In this document: one piece after another, positions 18,598 through 28,932 of the stretch
How positions within the stretch are numbered: position 1 is the first letter of the stretch
Layout: each line of letters opens with the position of its first letter
Notes under the pieces: model-generated
What the model saw: only the letters and a program-made list of their open reading frames with translations
What the model was told of the DNA's origin: nothing
Database searches by the model: none
Source: a virus
Taxonomy: Duplodnaviria; Caudoviricetes
Reading direction: 5' to 3' (one strand)
DNA: 48,675 nt
IMG/VR virus record: IMGVR_UViG_3300030376_003143
Coordinates: 1-48,675 of that record
Program-made: the position numbers and the translations under genes

Positions 18598-21500
18598 ATG
18601 GCAGAAATAAAAAACACATTTCTTAAAGGTAAAATGAATAAAGACCTTGACGAAAGATTAGTGCCTAAAGGAGAATATATAGACGCTATGAACGTTGAGG
18701 TTTCTACTTCAGAAGGATCTAACGTTGGTACGGTACAAAATATACTAGGCAACTATAGAGTAGCAGGTCTTCCAAACGCTGAGTTTAAGTGTATAGGTTC
18801 TATAACCGACGAGCAAAATAATAGAATTTACTGGTTTGTTACGTCTACCACCGTAGATATGATATTAGAGTGGGACGACCAACTACAAAAGTCTACCCTT
18901 GTTTTTGTTGATCCTAATAAAAGAAATAGTAATTCAGCTTTAAACTTTCCAAACACGCATGTTACTGGAATAAACATTATCGATGACTTTTTGTATTGGA
19001 CAGACGGTATAGGAGAGCCTAAAAAAATAAACGTTAGACTTTGTAAGCTAGGGACAGATCAAAATCAAACCACAGGCTTAAACAAGCATACTACTTACGT
19101 TACACCTCAAAACGAGGTTACAGATACTTTGCTTACTGAAGACTTCATAACCGTAATAAAGAAAAGACCTTTATTTCCTCCTTTTGTAAAAATAAATCAT
19201 AACAAAAACAAATCTGAAAAAGGTATATTTGAAAGAGTGATGCCTAGGTTTTGCTTTAGGTATAAATATAGAGACGGCGAATATTCTGCTTTTGGACCTT
19301 TTACAAACGTAGTGTTTAGCGCTAAGCATCAAGACGGCACAAGCGCCTCTGATTTTTATTCTAATAAAGAAGTTTACAATAAATCAATGGTCAACACTGT
19401 AAAGTCTGTTGAGCTTATGGATTTTATACCAGCTAATATTCCAGCTGACGTTGTTCAGGTAGACTTACTATATAAAAGCGAAGGCTCAAACGTGGTTTAC
19501 TCTATAGCAAACATAAAGTCTTCTGACGATGAGTTTAAGGCCAATGGATCTACTCAAGGAATTGACAATCTTTATGGAGCGCAAGAAAACAATAAGGGTA
19601 GATATTTAGTTACAACAGAAAACATATACGCTGCCTTACCTGAAAACCAAATGCTTAGATCTTGGGACAATGTGCCTAGAAAAGCTACCGCTCAAGAAAT
19701 AACAGGTAATAGATTAGTTTACGCAAACTATACTCAAGGCTACGACATGCCAAGCTCTAGCGTTAAGCTAAAGTCTAGTTACGAAAAGAAAAGCTTAAAA
19801 AACAACAACGCTTTAAGCGGAGGGCTTGAGTCTGTAAAGTCTTTAAGAGATTATCAGCTTGGTGTTGTTTATGGTGATAAATACGGTAGAGAAACACCAG
19901 TGTTTTCTTCTACAAACGCATCTGTTAATATTCCTTGGGTAGGCTCCAATAGTGACAGGCCTAATTTTTTAAGCCCGATGGTGTTAACTAGTAGTATTAA
20001 AACGCCAACGCCAGACTGGGCTAAATACTTTAAATTTTATATAAAAGAAACATCTGGAGAATATTATAATTTATTAATGGATAAATTGTATATTCCAAGC
20101 ATAAGCACAGATTTTGACAATAAAGAAGAGCACGTTTGGCTTTCGTTTCCTTCTTCTGAAATAAACAAAATAACAACAGAAGATTATTTAATCTTAAAAA
20201 AAGTTTCAAGTTCTACAGATAACCACGTAGAAGACGCTAATAGATATAAAGTTATAGATGTAAAGCCAGAAGCGCCTAACTCTGTGGCTTACGTATATTT
20301 GCCTGTTGGCGAAGTTTCAAACCTAACAGATTCTACAAATCTAGCAAACGGTGGTACTGAAGGCTCATTGTTTCAAGACGGTGATTTTAGAATAGATAAA
20401 CAAACAGATATTGTAGAAATTGACAAGTCTTCTTGGTTTGCTTTTGGTTATCCAGTTTTAAGAGGCACGGGTACGCCAAACGTTTCAGGTGTAGATAACA
20501 CTGAGTTTGTTGATAATATATATATTTCTTGGAAAACAGTAGATGCTAGTGGGTTTGAAGTTCACTCAAGAAGATACCAGGCGGTTTCTGTAGAAGTTGG
20601 TACTGCTATGAGGTTAAAACTACGCGAAAAAATACACGTAGATGACGCGGCTTTAGCTGCTAATAGTGCTGACGAATTAAATAATGATTTAGTATTTACG
20701 GTTTATAGAAAAGAAAAGCGAGACGCTGAAGAGTTTTCTGGCAAGTTTTTTGTTAAGATACTTTCTGACGACGTTATAAAAAACAATATAACTACAATAA
20801 AGTCAAACAAGTCTATAAGCGAGTTTATTTCTGCTTCTAAAGATATGTTTTGGTGGGCAGATAGAACTGGTACGTATGAAGATCAAGGTTTAGACAACAT
20901 GCCTAGTTTTGGACAAGCTCCTGACAGCCAACCTAAAGATGAAGACGAAATAAGTGGCGTATCAAACAAAGCTTCTGAGTGGGATGCTTTACTTACAAAC
21001 TACTCAAAGGCTTTCTTTATAGACAACATGCACATGTCTGCCGCTAACTTATCTTCTAGCAGCTACGCTAAAGAAGCAGGTCAAGGCGTTGTTGCAAATG
21101 AATTAACCTACGGTAAAGTAGAGTGGAACTCTGAAGGTGAAGAATATCCTTGGGACTTAAACCAATATACAACTTGGTCTTTAGCCGACATATCAAGCTA
21201 CAGCACGTGGCAAAGTAGAGTTAGATCGTTTATACCTGGCGTCCTAACCACTACCAACGACCAAGTGAACGGCTTTTATAGATGGAAAAACGATATATTT
21301 AGTCAAGAAACAAATGAAACGTACGGCGAAGAAGTTGGTGGCCACTACATGCACGTCTCTTTTTTAGCGCCTGGAAAAAACTTATTTGATTCTTCTGGGA
21401 TTAGCTTAGATGACATAGAGGTTGCTGGTGCTAATGGTTTAGGCAAAATACTACAAGGTATATGGGGTGGAGGCGCTTTTACTAACGAGCAAGGAACTTC

Positions 21501-24500
21501 GCTGGGAGACAATGATGACGGGGACACTGTAAAGTTTGTTGAGTTAGAAGGAAACTACGTTGACGACGAACCTTTAGGCGAGGCACCATCGCCGGGTGTG
21601 GGTATAGGTTATGACCTAGAGTACAAAGAACTGCATGAAAGACAGTGGGACCCAACGTTTTCACCTACAAAGTGGACACAATCAAGCTCTACTCAAACAG
21701 ACAAAAATATCGAGGACTTTGTTAAAAACTTAGCTATTGGCAAAAAGTTTAAGTTCGAAAAAGACGGTAACGATGTTGTATACACTATACTAGACGTCTC
21801 TATAAAACATGTATATAATCATACTCCTTTTAGATCTAAATTTGTCTTTGCCAACACCGATGAAGGTGGAATACATAGACACGCAGATCAAAAAAGTGTT
21901 GAAGAGTGCGCTGTTGAGTGGGCTACAGCTAAGCTAACAGACTCAATTGACGGTGAAGACGCCGCTTTACTTACTAAGCTAGAGGACTTTGGTAAAGCTA
22001 GTAACAGAAGAACTGTATTTGTATTAAAGCTAGACAAGGCTCCGCAAGATCAAACTAACAGCCCTATTATAGGTGGCACATCTTCAGCTATGGCTATCGA
22101 TATAGATACATCTATGAAAATGCAGTTTATAGACGATAAAGCTCAAGCTTTGTCTGGAGCTGTTAAAGATGTTTCTGCCGTGTTTGAAACAGAGCCTAAA
22201 GATTCTTTAGACTTAAACATATTCTACGAAACTGGTAGCGCAATTCCAACGGAATTAACAATAGACAACGTTAGTCAGTTTGCTCCTGTTGGGTCAAGAA
22301 TTGAGTTTGTTGATTTACCTAGCGCTACTAGAGGTAAAGACACTATAACTGACAATATATATGTAAAAAGTTGGGAGTACGCTGAAGGAGTAGGGCTTTA
22401 CTTTAATACTGAAAGCGAAAACGCTACAGCTAGTTCTAACGGCTTAGGCTTTAACATAAAAAACAATCAAGACGTACAAATAGACTACGTTAACACTAGA
22501 ATTAGATTTTATAGACCAGACGGTAGTTTTACAACCTGTAAACTTGGACCACATTACGAGATTGAAAGCGATGCTGATCAAAGAGCTGTATTTATAGTAA
22601 ACCCTATAATAGACGCTTCTTTAGAAACTGGGTTAAGCTGGTATAACTGCTTTACGTTTAGAGACGGCGTTGAATCTAATAGACTAAGAGATGATTTTAA
22701 CGCTACGTTTATAGGTAATGGCGCTAAGGCTTCTACTACGCTAGAAGAGCCTTACTCTGAAGAAAACAGAAAGCACGGTTTAATTTATTCAGGTCTTTAC
22801 AATGCTAGTAGCGGATTAAATAACTTAAATCAGTTTATACAAGCAGAAAAAATAACAAAAGACTTAAATCCTACTTACGGAAGTATACAAAAGCTTTTTT
22901 CAAGAAGAGCTGATCTTATAGCTTTTTGCGAAGATAGAGTTGTTAAGATATTAGCAAATAAAGACGCCTTATTTAACGCTGATGGTAATACTAATATTGT
23001 AGCAACAACAAACGTTTTAGGTCAAGCTACACCTTTTGTTGGTGACTACGGTATATCTAAAAATCCTGAGTCGTTTGCGTTTGAGTCGTATAGAGCATAT
23101 TTTACTGACAAGCAAAGAGGTGCTGTGCTACGACTATCTATGGACGGTTTAACACCTATATCCGACGCTGGTATGCACGATTATTTTAGAGATAATCTTC
23201 CTAATTCTGGAACGCTGTTAGGCACTTATGACGAATATAAAAGACAATATAACTTAACGCTTAACGATTATATATATAACAACTTAATACAAAACTCTTA
23301 TATTTCAGAAGGTGAAGAACTAAGCGTGTCTTCTTATGTTACAGAGATAATTGATAATCCTAATCTTGAATCTGGTGTTGAGTATACAGCTGTTGACATA
23401 GCTAGCATATATGATGACGCGACGGAAGGTGATGAAAATCTTCCTGTCGTTAACTCATCAATAGATTCTGAAGTTACAATAATAAACTGGCCAGAAATAC
23501 CAGTTGGAGCTATAAGTCAAGCTTGGGACAATTTCAGTACAATAGTATCATACAACGAGGCTTACGCAGACGAAATACTACCAAACTATGGGGCTATAAT
23601 GGTTCCGGGTAATTCAAGCAATGGCGCTGAACAATATCAAACAAACGTAGGCGCTCAAACTCTTGTTACTACTCAAAATTTACAAAACGCTGTTTGGCCA
23701 ACTTTTGGTAGCGGTAGCTATATGCTCAGAAAAGAAACTTTTGGCACAGACTTGAGCTCAGGCGGACAAGAAGACCAAGCATCTGATGCAACCTTTAGCA
23801 TAACAGGTAATATATCTAATACTATAGAAACTGACGGCGCTCCTACAACTACAAACAACGCTCCTAGCGATGGCGCGGTTGGCTTACGCACTAACACTGA
23901 TTACTTATTGTTTCCACAAAATCATTCTGGCGTAAACAATCAAGTTCCCTCTGCAATGCTAGCAGAGTTTCCTGACGCGACAAACATGAGCGTATTTAAT
24001 GGAGAAGAAATTTGGGTAAAAATAAATTATTCAGTAGAGTATTATAGACCTGGCTTTACGTCTTTTTCACAAAGCGACTACTGGCCTAGTAACATGGATA
24101 TTAAAATTACACTAAGAGAGTCTGACGGCAGTAACGATAATTTTGTAAGTACGCCGTTATATTCGGTTTCAAGCATTCCAGATGCATGGACCGGCGCAGG
24201 CGGGGCAACTGACAATACGCCGTTTCACTCTACTGGAAGCTTAGGTAGTGATAACTTTAGCGCAGTTAACAACAACTTGGAGGCAAGCAGTTATGTTGAA
24301 TATTCTTGGCCTAATTCTGATGAAAGCGTTTTGTACGCTCCCTCTGGAGCGATCACCTCTTCGACACCAGACTATACTTTTACTGTTCCAGGGGTAAGTG
24401 GTAGTTTTAACAACTCTAACAACTCTGGGTATATCCTTAACAACAACGAGTACAATGGAGTTTGGAACAACAGTTATGAAAGCGACAATATCTACGAAAT

Positions 24501-27321
24501 GGATATTGTTAGTACTACGTACAACGAAACAAGGTATTTTACTGGCTATAGAACCATGATTCTTAAGTTTAAAATCTTTACCGACCAATCGGTACTTAGT
24601 CCTTCTGGAAGTGCTTTAAAAATAGTAGACAATCTTCAGATTAAAGTAGAAAGAACTAGTAACGCTCCGCTTACAAGTAATGGTCGTCACGCTCTTTGGA
24701 TTCGAGGTATGGCCATTTACAAAACTCGCGAAATGAAAACTACGGGAAGCGCTTATGTTCCTTTAGCGCAAGAGTATCAAGATGACGCTCCTGAGTACGC
24801 GTATTATGATGTAGACACTCAAGTGTATCAAACTGCCGCAGACGGAACTCAATATGGAACTTTATCGTCAGCTCAAGGGACAGCCGCAGAAAACCTAGGT
24901 AATGTTGACACTGGCGTAGACATAGAGCTTGATCCAGTTCCTGTTTATGGAACAGAATCTACACCGGCAGTTCCTAGCTCTACAATACCAGCGTGGGCAG
25001 AGGTTATACACGCTTTACCGTCAGGCTACTCATCTGCAAGTGCAACTCAACTTAACTATGCCGCGCTGCAACAATACGGACAAGAAAATCCTGGAACGTG
25101 GCAAACAGTATCGATTACTCAAGAGGGTGTTACAAACGACTATCAATATTACACAGGTACTGACAACGGCACGACAACGTATCAGCAGTATGGCGCAGGT
25201 GAGGCTTATGATAATCACAATGGAGCGGCTTTGTCTTCTTATAACGTTGCTGGAACAACACACCACGTTGTGGACGGATCAATAGGTACGTTAGCTACAA
25301 CTGCAGAGCCGGGAGGGTTTGAAGTAGACGTAGAGCTAATAGATGGTGATTGGTACATGGTTGATCTTGGCTACGATCCAGACTCTATTACTATTAACAC
25401 GCCAAGTACAAGTGACTTTTTAAGATTAAACGGAGATACTAAACCTATAATATATGGATGCATACCCGCGGCTACAGGTGGTGGCGATGCGTACAGAACA
25501 AGCCCTGGCGACGCAAACTATCCAGATGGCTACTTTGGTCAAATATATAGATACCCAGGAGCAACAGGAAACACAAACAGTAGTGGAAGTGTAGTAACTC
25601 CAGTTGGTGGTGTAATATGCATGCCAACAACGGCCACAGAGTATGGAGAGCAAAGACCTGTGCTTAGAGCAGTGTTTCAAGCTAGCAGTCAATCTTACGA
25701 AGGCTTAGACAAGGTTAGACTTTCATTGTGGAACTGTCAAAACGGGCTTGTTGAAATTAATGATATTACAGTAATTAACATTTCTGAAACAGGTGATTTA
25801 GGTGGCTTTTCTGAAGAGTGGAGCGCTCAAACAACAAATAATTTGATAAACGCTTTAAGCGAGCCTATTTCTTACTATCAAAACGGTGGTTGGGTTTGGA
25901 ACATACCAGAGACGTACAGCGGTAATGGAGCGGCTAATAGAATAGATTACAACTGGTCGGGCAACGAGCTTACTAGCGCTACTTCAGCTGGTTATGCTTT
26001 AAAATTTGGAATACAACCAAATCCAGACACAGGAACTGTAGAAGGAAAGCTATATATAAGAATTGAAACTCCTGAGTGGGAAGATGGTCAAACTAGAGCT
26101 ATTAGAGCTATAGTAGATACAGCAGGTGACTATACTGTGTTTTTTAATCTTGATGGATCAGGTATATCAAGCATAGTGCAGCCAGAAGGTTCTAACGCTA
26201 GTATTTCGCTGAGTACTCAACCTGCAGATATACCCGGTATATATGCTAGGCCTATAAATCAAGATGGATCTACTGGTAGCGATTTGCCAAGCTGGTTTAT
26301 TGGTAAGTTAGATTATTTATCTATAATAGATGAAACCTCTATAGTAAGTGGAGGTATTGTGGGTTCATGGGTGTTTAGTGAAATAGATTACGATGGCGGT
26401 GAAATAAACACTCTTAGCGCAGATAATCTTGATAATCTTTTGTTTGCAGAAGAACAAATTAAATGGGATGAGGCGTTAAAAGGATTAAGAGTTTCTCAGG
26501 CTATAGATCAAGAAATATTAGTTGGTCAAAAGTACGACGTTAGTTTTAACGTAACCTCTTACACTTCTGGCTTTATTAACGTTGCTTATTACGCTAGTCC
26601 AACAGCAGGGTTTACGTTTACGGTGGACGGAAGCACGCTTAATGTTTCAGAAACTGTAGAAATACAAAGCGTTGACCATTTTGATCCTGATCAACACGTA
26701 ATAGGTTCTTTAATGATAACATCTTCTAGCGAAGACTCTTTAACAACCATGTCTATAGATAACATTACAATGACTCAAATTGCTTTTCCTGAAGTAACAA
26801 AGCAAACCATATCTTATAGCGAGGAAGTAAAAGGTTGGACTAGCTTTAAGTCGTTTATTCCTGAAAGTGGAAACAGTGTTTCTAAAAAGTATTTTACTTT
26901 TAAAAACGGAGAAGCTTATCAGCACTACCATCAAGAAGCTACACCAAACACTTTCTACAATATACAGTCAGTGCCCTCAACAATAACAACGCTTTTAAAC
27001 GATGCACCTGAGCTTATTAAAAACTTTAAAACAATAAATTATGAAGGATCGCAAGCTCACGTTCTTAGCAGTGAAACAATTTTAGGTGTTACAGACTCAA
27101 ACTTGCACAATCAGTTTACTAAGCTTGGATGGAAAGTGTCAAGCATAGATACAAATATGGAAAGCGGCTCTATAAAAGAGTTTATAGAAAAAGAAGATAA
27201 ATGGTTTAATTATATAAAAGGAAAAGGTGAACCTAAGACATCTGATTTTACATTTCAAGGTATAGGAATTTTGTCGGCAAATCCTGTAGAGTTAGTATCA
27301 GAAAACATTGAAGAAGAATAG
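18598..27321 (+). CDS. Giant tail stabilisation / muzzle-like protein with large insertions
   Basis: 2907 aa; N-terminal FLKGKMNKDLDERLVPKGEYIDAMN; GNRLVYANY; YGISKNPESFA..YFTD..RGAVLRLS; C-terminal GWTSFKSF and FIEKEDKWF, as in P22 gp10-like/crAss-type muzzle proteins. Confidence 0.7.
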   Translation: MAEIKNTFLKGKMNKDLDERLVPKGEYIDAMNVEVSTSEGSNVGTVQNILGNYRVAGLPNAEFKCIGSITDEQNNRIYWFVTSTTVDMILEWDDQLQKSTLVFVDPNKRNSNSALNFPNTHVTGINIIDDFLYWTDGIGEPKKINVRLCKLGTDQNQTTGLNKHTTYVTPQNEVTDTLLTEDFITVIKKRPLFPPFVKINHNKNKSEKGIFERVMPRFCFRYKYRDGEYSAFGPFTNVVFSAKHQDGTSASDFYSNKEVYNKSMVNTVKSVELMDFIPANIPADVVQVDLLYKSEGSNVVYSIANIKSSDDEFKANGSTQGIDNLYGAQENNKGRYLVTTENIYAALPENQMLRSWDNVPRKATAQEITGNRLVYANYTQGYDMPSSSVKLKSSYEKKSLKNNNALSGGLESVKSLRDYQLGVVYGDKYGRETPVFSSTNASVNIPWVGSNSDRPNFLSPMVLTSSIKTPTPDWAKYFKFYIKETSGEYYNLLMDKLYIPSISTDFDNKEEHVWLSFPSSEINKITTEDYLILKKVSSSTDNHVEDANRYKVIDVKPEAPNSVAYVYLPVGEVSNLTDSTNLANGGTEGSLFQDGDFRIDKQTDIVEIDKSSWFAFGYPVLRGTGTPNVSGVDNTEFVDNIYISWKTVDASGFEVHSRRYQAVSVEVGTAMRLKLREKIHVDDAALAANSADELNNDLVFTVYRKEKRDAEEFSGKFFVKILSDDVIKNNITTIKSNKSISEFISASKDMFWWADRTGTYEDQGLDNMPSFGQAPDSQPKDEDEISGVSNKASEWDALLTNYSKAFFIDNMHMSAANLSSSSYAKEAGQGVVANELTYGKVEWNSEGEEYPWDLNQYTTWSLADISSYSTWQSRVRSFIPGVLTTTNDQVNGFYRWKNDIFSQETNETYGEEVGGHYMHVSFLAPGKNLFDSSGISLDDIEVAGANGLGKILQGIWGGGAFTNEQGTSLGDNDDGDTVKFVELEGNYVDDEPLGEAPSPGVGIGYDLEYKELHERQWDPTFSPTKWTQSSSTQTDKNIEDFVKNLAIGKKFKFEKDGNDVVYTILDVSIKHVYNHTPFRSKFVFANTDEGGIHRHADQKSVEECAVEWATAKLTDSIDGEDAALLTKLEDFGKASNRRTVFVLKLDKAPQDQTNSPIIGGTSSAMAIDIDTSMKMQFIDDKAQALSGAVKDVSAVFETEPKDSLDLNIFYETGSAIPTELTIDNVSQFAPVGSRIEFVDLPSATRGKDTITDNIYVKSWEYAEGVGLYFNTESENATASSNGLGFNIKNNQDVQIDYVNTRIRFYRPDGSFTTCKLGPHYEIESDADQRAVFIVNPIIDASLETGLSWYNCFTFRDGVESNRLRDDFNATFIGNGAKASTTLEEPYSEENRKHGLIYSGLYNASSGLNNLNQFIQAEKITKDLNPTYGSIQKLFSRRADLIAFCEDRVVKILANKDALFNADGNTNIVATTNVLGQATPFVGDYGISKNPESFAFESYRAYFTDKQRGAVLRLSMDGLTPISDAGMHDYFRDNLPNSGTLLGTYDEYKRQYNLTLNDYIYNNLIQNSYISEGEELSVSSYVTEIIDNPNLESGVEYTAVDIASIYDDATEGDENLPVVNSSIDSEVTIINWPEIPVGAISQAWDNFSTIVSYNEAYADEILPNYGAIMVPGNSSNGAEQYQTNVGAQTLVTTQNLQNAVWPTFGSGSYMLRKETFGTDLSSGGQEDQASDATFSITGNISNTIETDGAPTTTNNAPSDGAVGLRTNTDYLLFPQNHSGVNNQVPSAMLAEFPDATNMSVFNGEEIWVKINYSVEYYRPGFTSFSQSDYWPSNMDIKITLRESDGSNDNFVSTPLYSVSSIPDAWTGAGGATDNTPFHSTGSLGSDNFSAVNNNLEASSYVEYSWPNSDESVLYAPSGAITSSTPDYTFTVPGVSGSFNNSNNSGYILNNNEYNGVWNNSYESDNIYEMDIVSTTYNETRYFTGYRTMILKFKIFTDQSVLSPSGSALKIVDNLQIKVERTSNAPLTSNGRHALWIRGMAIYKTREMKTTGSAYVPLAQEYQDDAPEYAYYDVDTQVYQTAADGTQYGTLSSAQGTAAENLGNVDTGVDIELDPVPVYGTESTPAVPSSTIPAWAEVIHALPSGYSSASATQLNYAALQQYGQENPGTWQTVSITQEGVTNDYQYYTGTDNGTTTYQQYGAGEAYDNHNGAALSSYNVAGTTHHVVDGSIGTLATTAEPGGFEVDVELIDGDWYMVDLGYDPDSITINTPSTSDFLRLNGDTKPIIYGCIPAATGGGDAYRTSPGDANYPDGYFGQIYRYPGATGNTNSSGSVVTPVGGVICMPTTATEYGEQRPVLRAVFQASSQSYEGLDKVRLSLWNCQNGLVEINDITVINISETGDLGGFSEEWSAQTTNNLINALSEPISYYQNGGWVWNIPETYSGNGAANRIDYNWSGNELTSATSAGYALKFGIQPNPDTGTVEGKLYIRIETPEWEDGQTRAIRAIVDTAGDYTVFFNLDGSGISSIVQPEGSNASISLSTQPADIPGIYARPINQDGSTGSDLPSWFIGKLDYLSIIDETSIVSGGIVGSWVFSEIDYDGGEINTLSADNLDNLLFAEEQIKWDEALKGLRVSQAIDQEILVGQKYDVSFNVTSYTSGFINVAYYASPTAGFTFTVDGSTLNVSETVEIQSVDHFDPDQHVIGSLMITSSSEDSLTTMSIDNITMTQIAFPEVTKQTISYSEEVKGWTSFKSFIPESGNSVSKKYFTFKNGEAYQHYHQEATPNTFYNIQSVPSTITTLLNDAPELIKNFKTINYEGSQAHVLSSETILGVTDSNLHNQFTKLGWKVSSIDTNMESGSIKEFIEKEDKWFNYIKGKGEPKTSDFTFQGIGILSANPVELVSENIEEE

Positions 27322-27324
27322 ACT

Positions 27325-28521
27325 ATGAAGTTAATAAAATCAATACAACTAAACACTGGCGACATACCTAAAGAAGGAGCTGTAAGAAGCTTTACTATAA
27401 AAGGTGACGAAGGCGCTAAGTTTATATTTATAGTAAGTAATTCTTCTGGATCTTACTATGACTTTACTGACAAAGCTTTTTCTGCAGGACACTCTCCTCA
27501 AAAAATGATTAAAGGTGAACTGTTAGGCGGTAGCTACGATGGCGAAATAGAATTTCCAGATGCCGCTGGATCTTTGTACGATATACTTTTAATTGCTGAT
27601 CCAACGGACGGAACAGCGATGAAGCTTGGCAAAGCAATAAATAAAAGAATAACTCAACTAGGTAACACGACCTTAACGCTAGCCTTAGCCTCAACAGCTA
27701 ACTCTAGTTCTTATAAAACGTTTCCTAGCAACGTAACCGTTGTCGGTAGCCCAACAAGCTCTGCTTCTAAAAGTATTAGCTGGAATGTGGAAAACGCTGA
27801 TACAGACGCTAATGGCTTTGGCCTTATTCTTGATTACGACGAGCCTACCACAAACTTAATAATACAAGACAAAGCTTGGTATTTTTCAAACACACAAACT
27901 GTAGACGGTGCAGTTTCTTCTTCTACTGAAATTAAACTTGATTCAGTAAGCGACATTATAGTAGGCATGTCGGTTTATAGTGGAACTGGCTTGTCTGGCA
28001 CTCCTATTATACGGTCAGTAGACACCACAACTAACACTATAACTATATCTAGCGCTCAAACTATTTCAGACGGAGTAACTTTAACGTTTAGAGCATCAGG
28101 AATGTCTTTGATAAATAGTGCGTTAGGCTGCTCTATAGCGGCAGATTTAAGGCTTACAGATTTAGTTAGAGTAAGCTCAACCGTAAGAGGCACTATAAGC
28201 AATAGCACTACTATAAACTTAAATGGAACTTATGGTATTCCAGGAGGTAATATAGCAGGTTACTCAGGAACAAATGTTAACAACTCGTCAGCTAACGCAG
28301 TAACATCTGTTTCAGCAAGCTCATCAACTGGAAGCATGGTTGTGCAGCTAGCTCAAACATTCAAGGGCGGTGAAGTATTAACCTTTGATGTTGATCCGCC
28401 TAAGGTGCTAGCCGACTCAATAGTTCTTTCTGGCGGTATAACTGTAAACTCTCAGCCAAACGCAAACAGAACAATATACTTAGATTTAGATTTTATAATA
28501 ACCCCAGGAACAGCCTCATAA
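27325..28521 (+). CDS. Putative tail-associated structural protein
   Basis: 398 aa, S/T/G-rich beta composition; TITISSAQTISDGVTLTF segment typical of virion appendage proteins. Confidence 0.55.
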   Translation: MKLIKSIQLNTGDIPKEGAVRSFTIKGDEGAKFIFIVSNSSGSYYDFTDKAFSAGHSPQKMIKGELLGGSYDGEIEFPDAAGSLYDILLIADPTDGTAMKLGKAINKRITQLGNTTLTLALASTANSSSYKTFPSNVTVVGSPTSSASKSISWNVENADTDANGFGLILDYDEPTTNLIIQDKAWYFSNTQTVDGAVSSSTEIKLDSVSDIIVGMSVYSGTGLSGTPIIRSVDTTTNTITISSAQTISDGVTLTFRASGMSLINSALGCSIAADLRLTDLVRVSSTVRGTISNSTTINLNGTYGIPGGNIAGYSGTNVNNSSANAVTSVSASSSTGSMVVQLAQTFKGGEVLTFDVDPPKVLADSIVLSGGITVNSQPNANRTIYLDLDFIITPGTAS

Positions 28522-28522
28522 T

Positions 28523-28891
28523 ATGCCAGATACATTTCACAAACTAACAGTTAACGTTGAAGGTAGCTTAAACGCTTCTTTGCAATCTGGAGATATAGCT
28601 TACAAGGTTACTCAACAGACTTATACTTCTACTAATAACGTTTCGTACGCTCAAAACTCTCCAGTTAAAATCGGGGAGATAAGTAAAGTTGAAAACAACA
28701 ACTTATATATTAAAAACATGATTATAGATAACGCGCCTCAAACTGGTGACTTAATTATGTTTGCTAAAAACAAAACTGTCAACAAGTCTGGCATAAAAGG
28801 TTATTATGCAAAGGTAAAGCTAGAAAACAACTCAGATGAGCTAGTAGAGCTGTTTTCAATAGCATCGGAGATTTCTCCAAGCAGTAAATAG
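28523..28891 (+). CDS. Small tail-associated protein
   Basis: 122 aa; NASLQSGD and SGIKGYYAKVKLEN...ELFSI segments; ends in TAG TAG. Confidence 0.55.
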   Translation: MPDTFHKLTVNVEGSLNASLQSGDIAYKVTQQTYTSTNNVSYAQNSPVKIGEISKVENNNLYIKNMIIDNAPQTGDLIMFAKNKTVNKSGIKGYYAKVKLENNSDELVELFSIASEISPSSK

Positions 28892-28932
28892 TAGCTCATT
28901 AATGTAACTATAAATAGATAAAATATAATATT

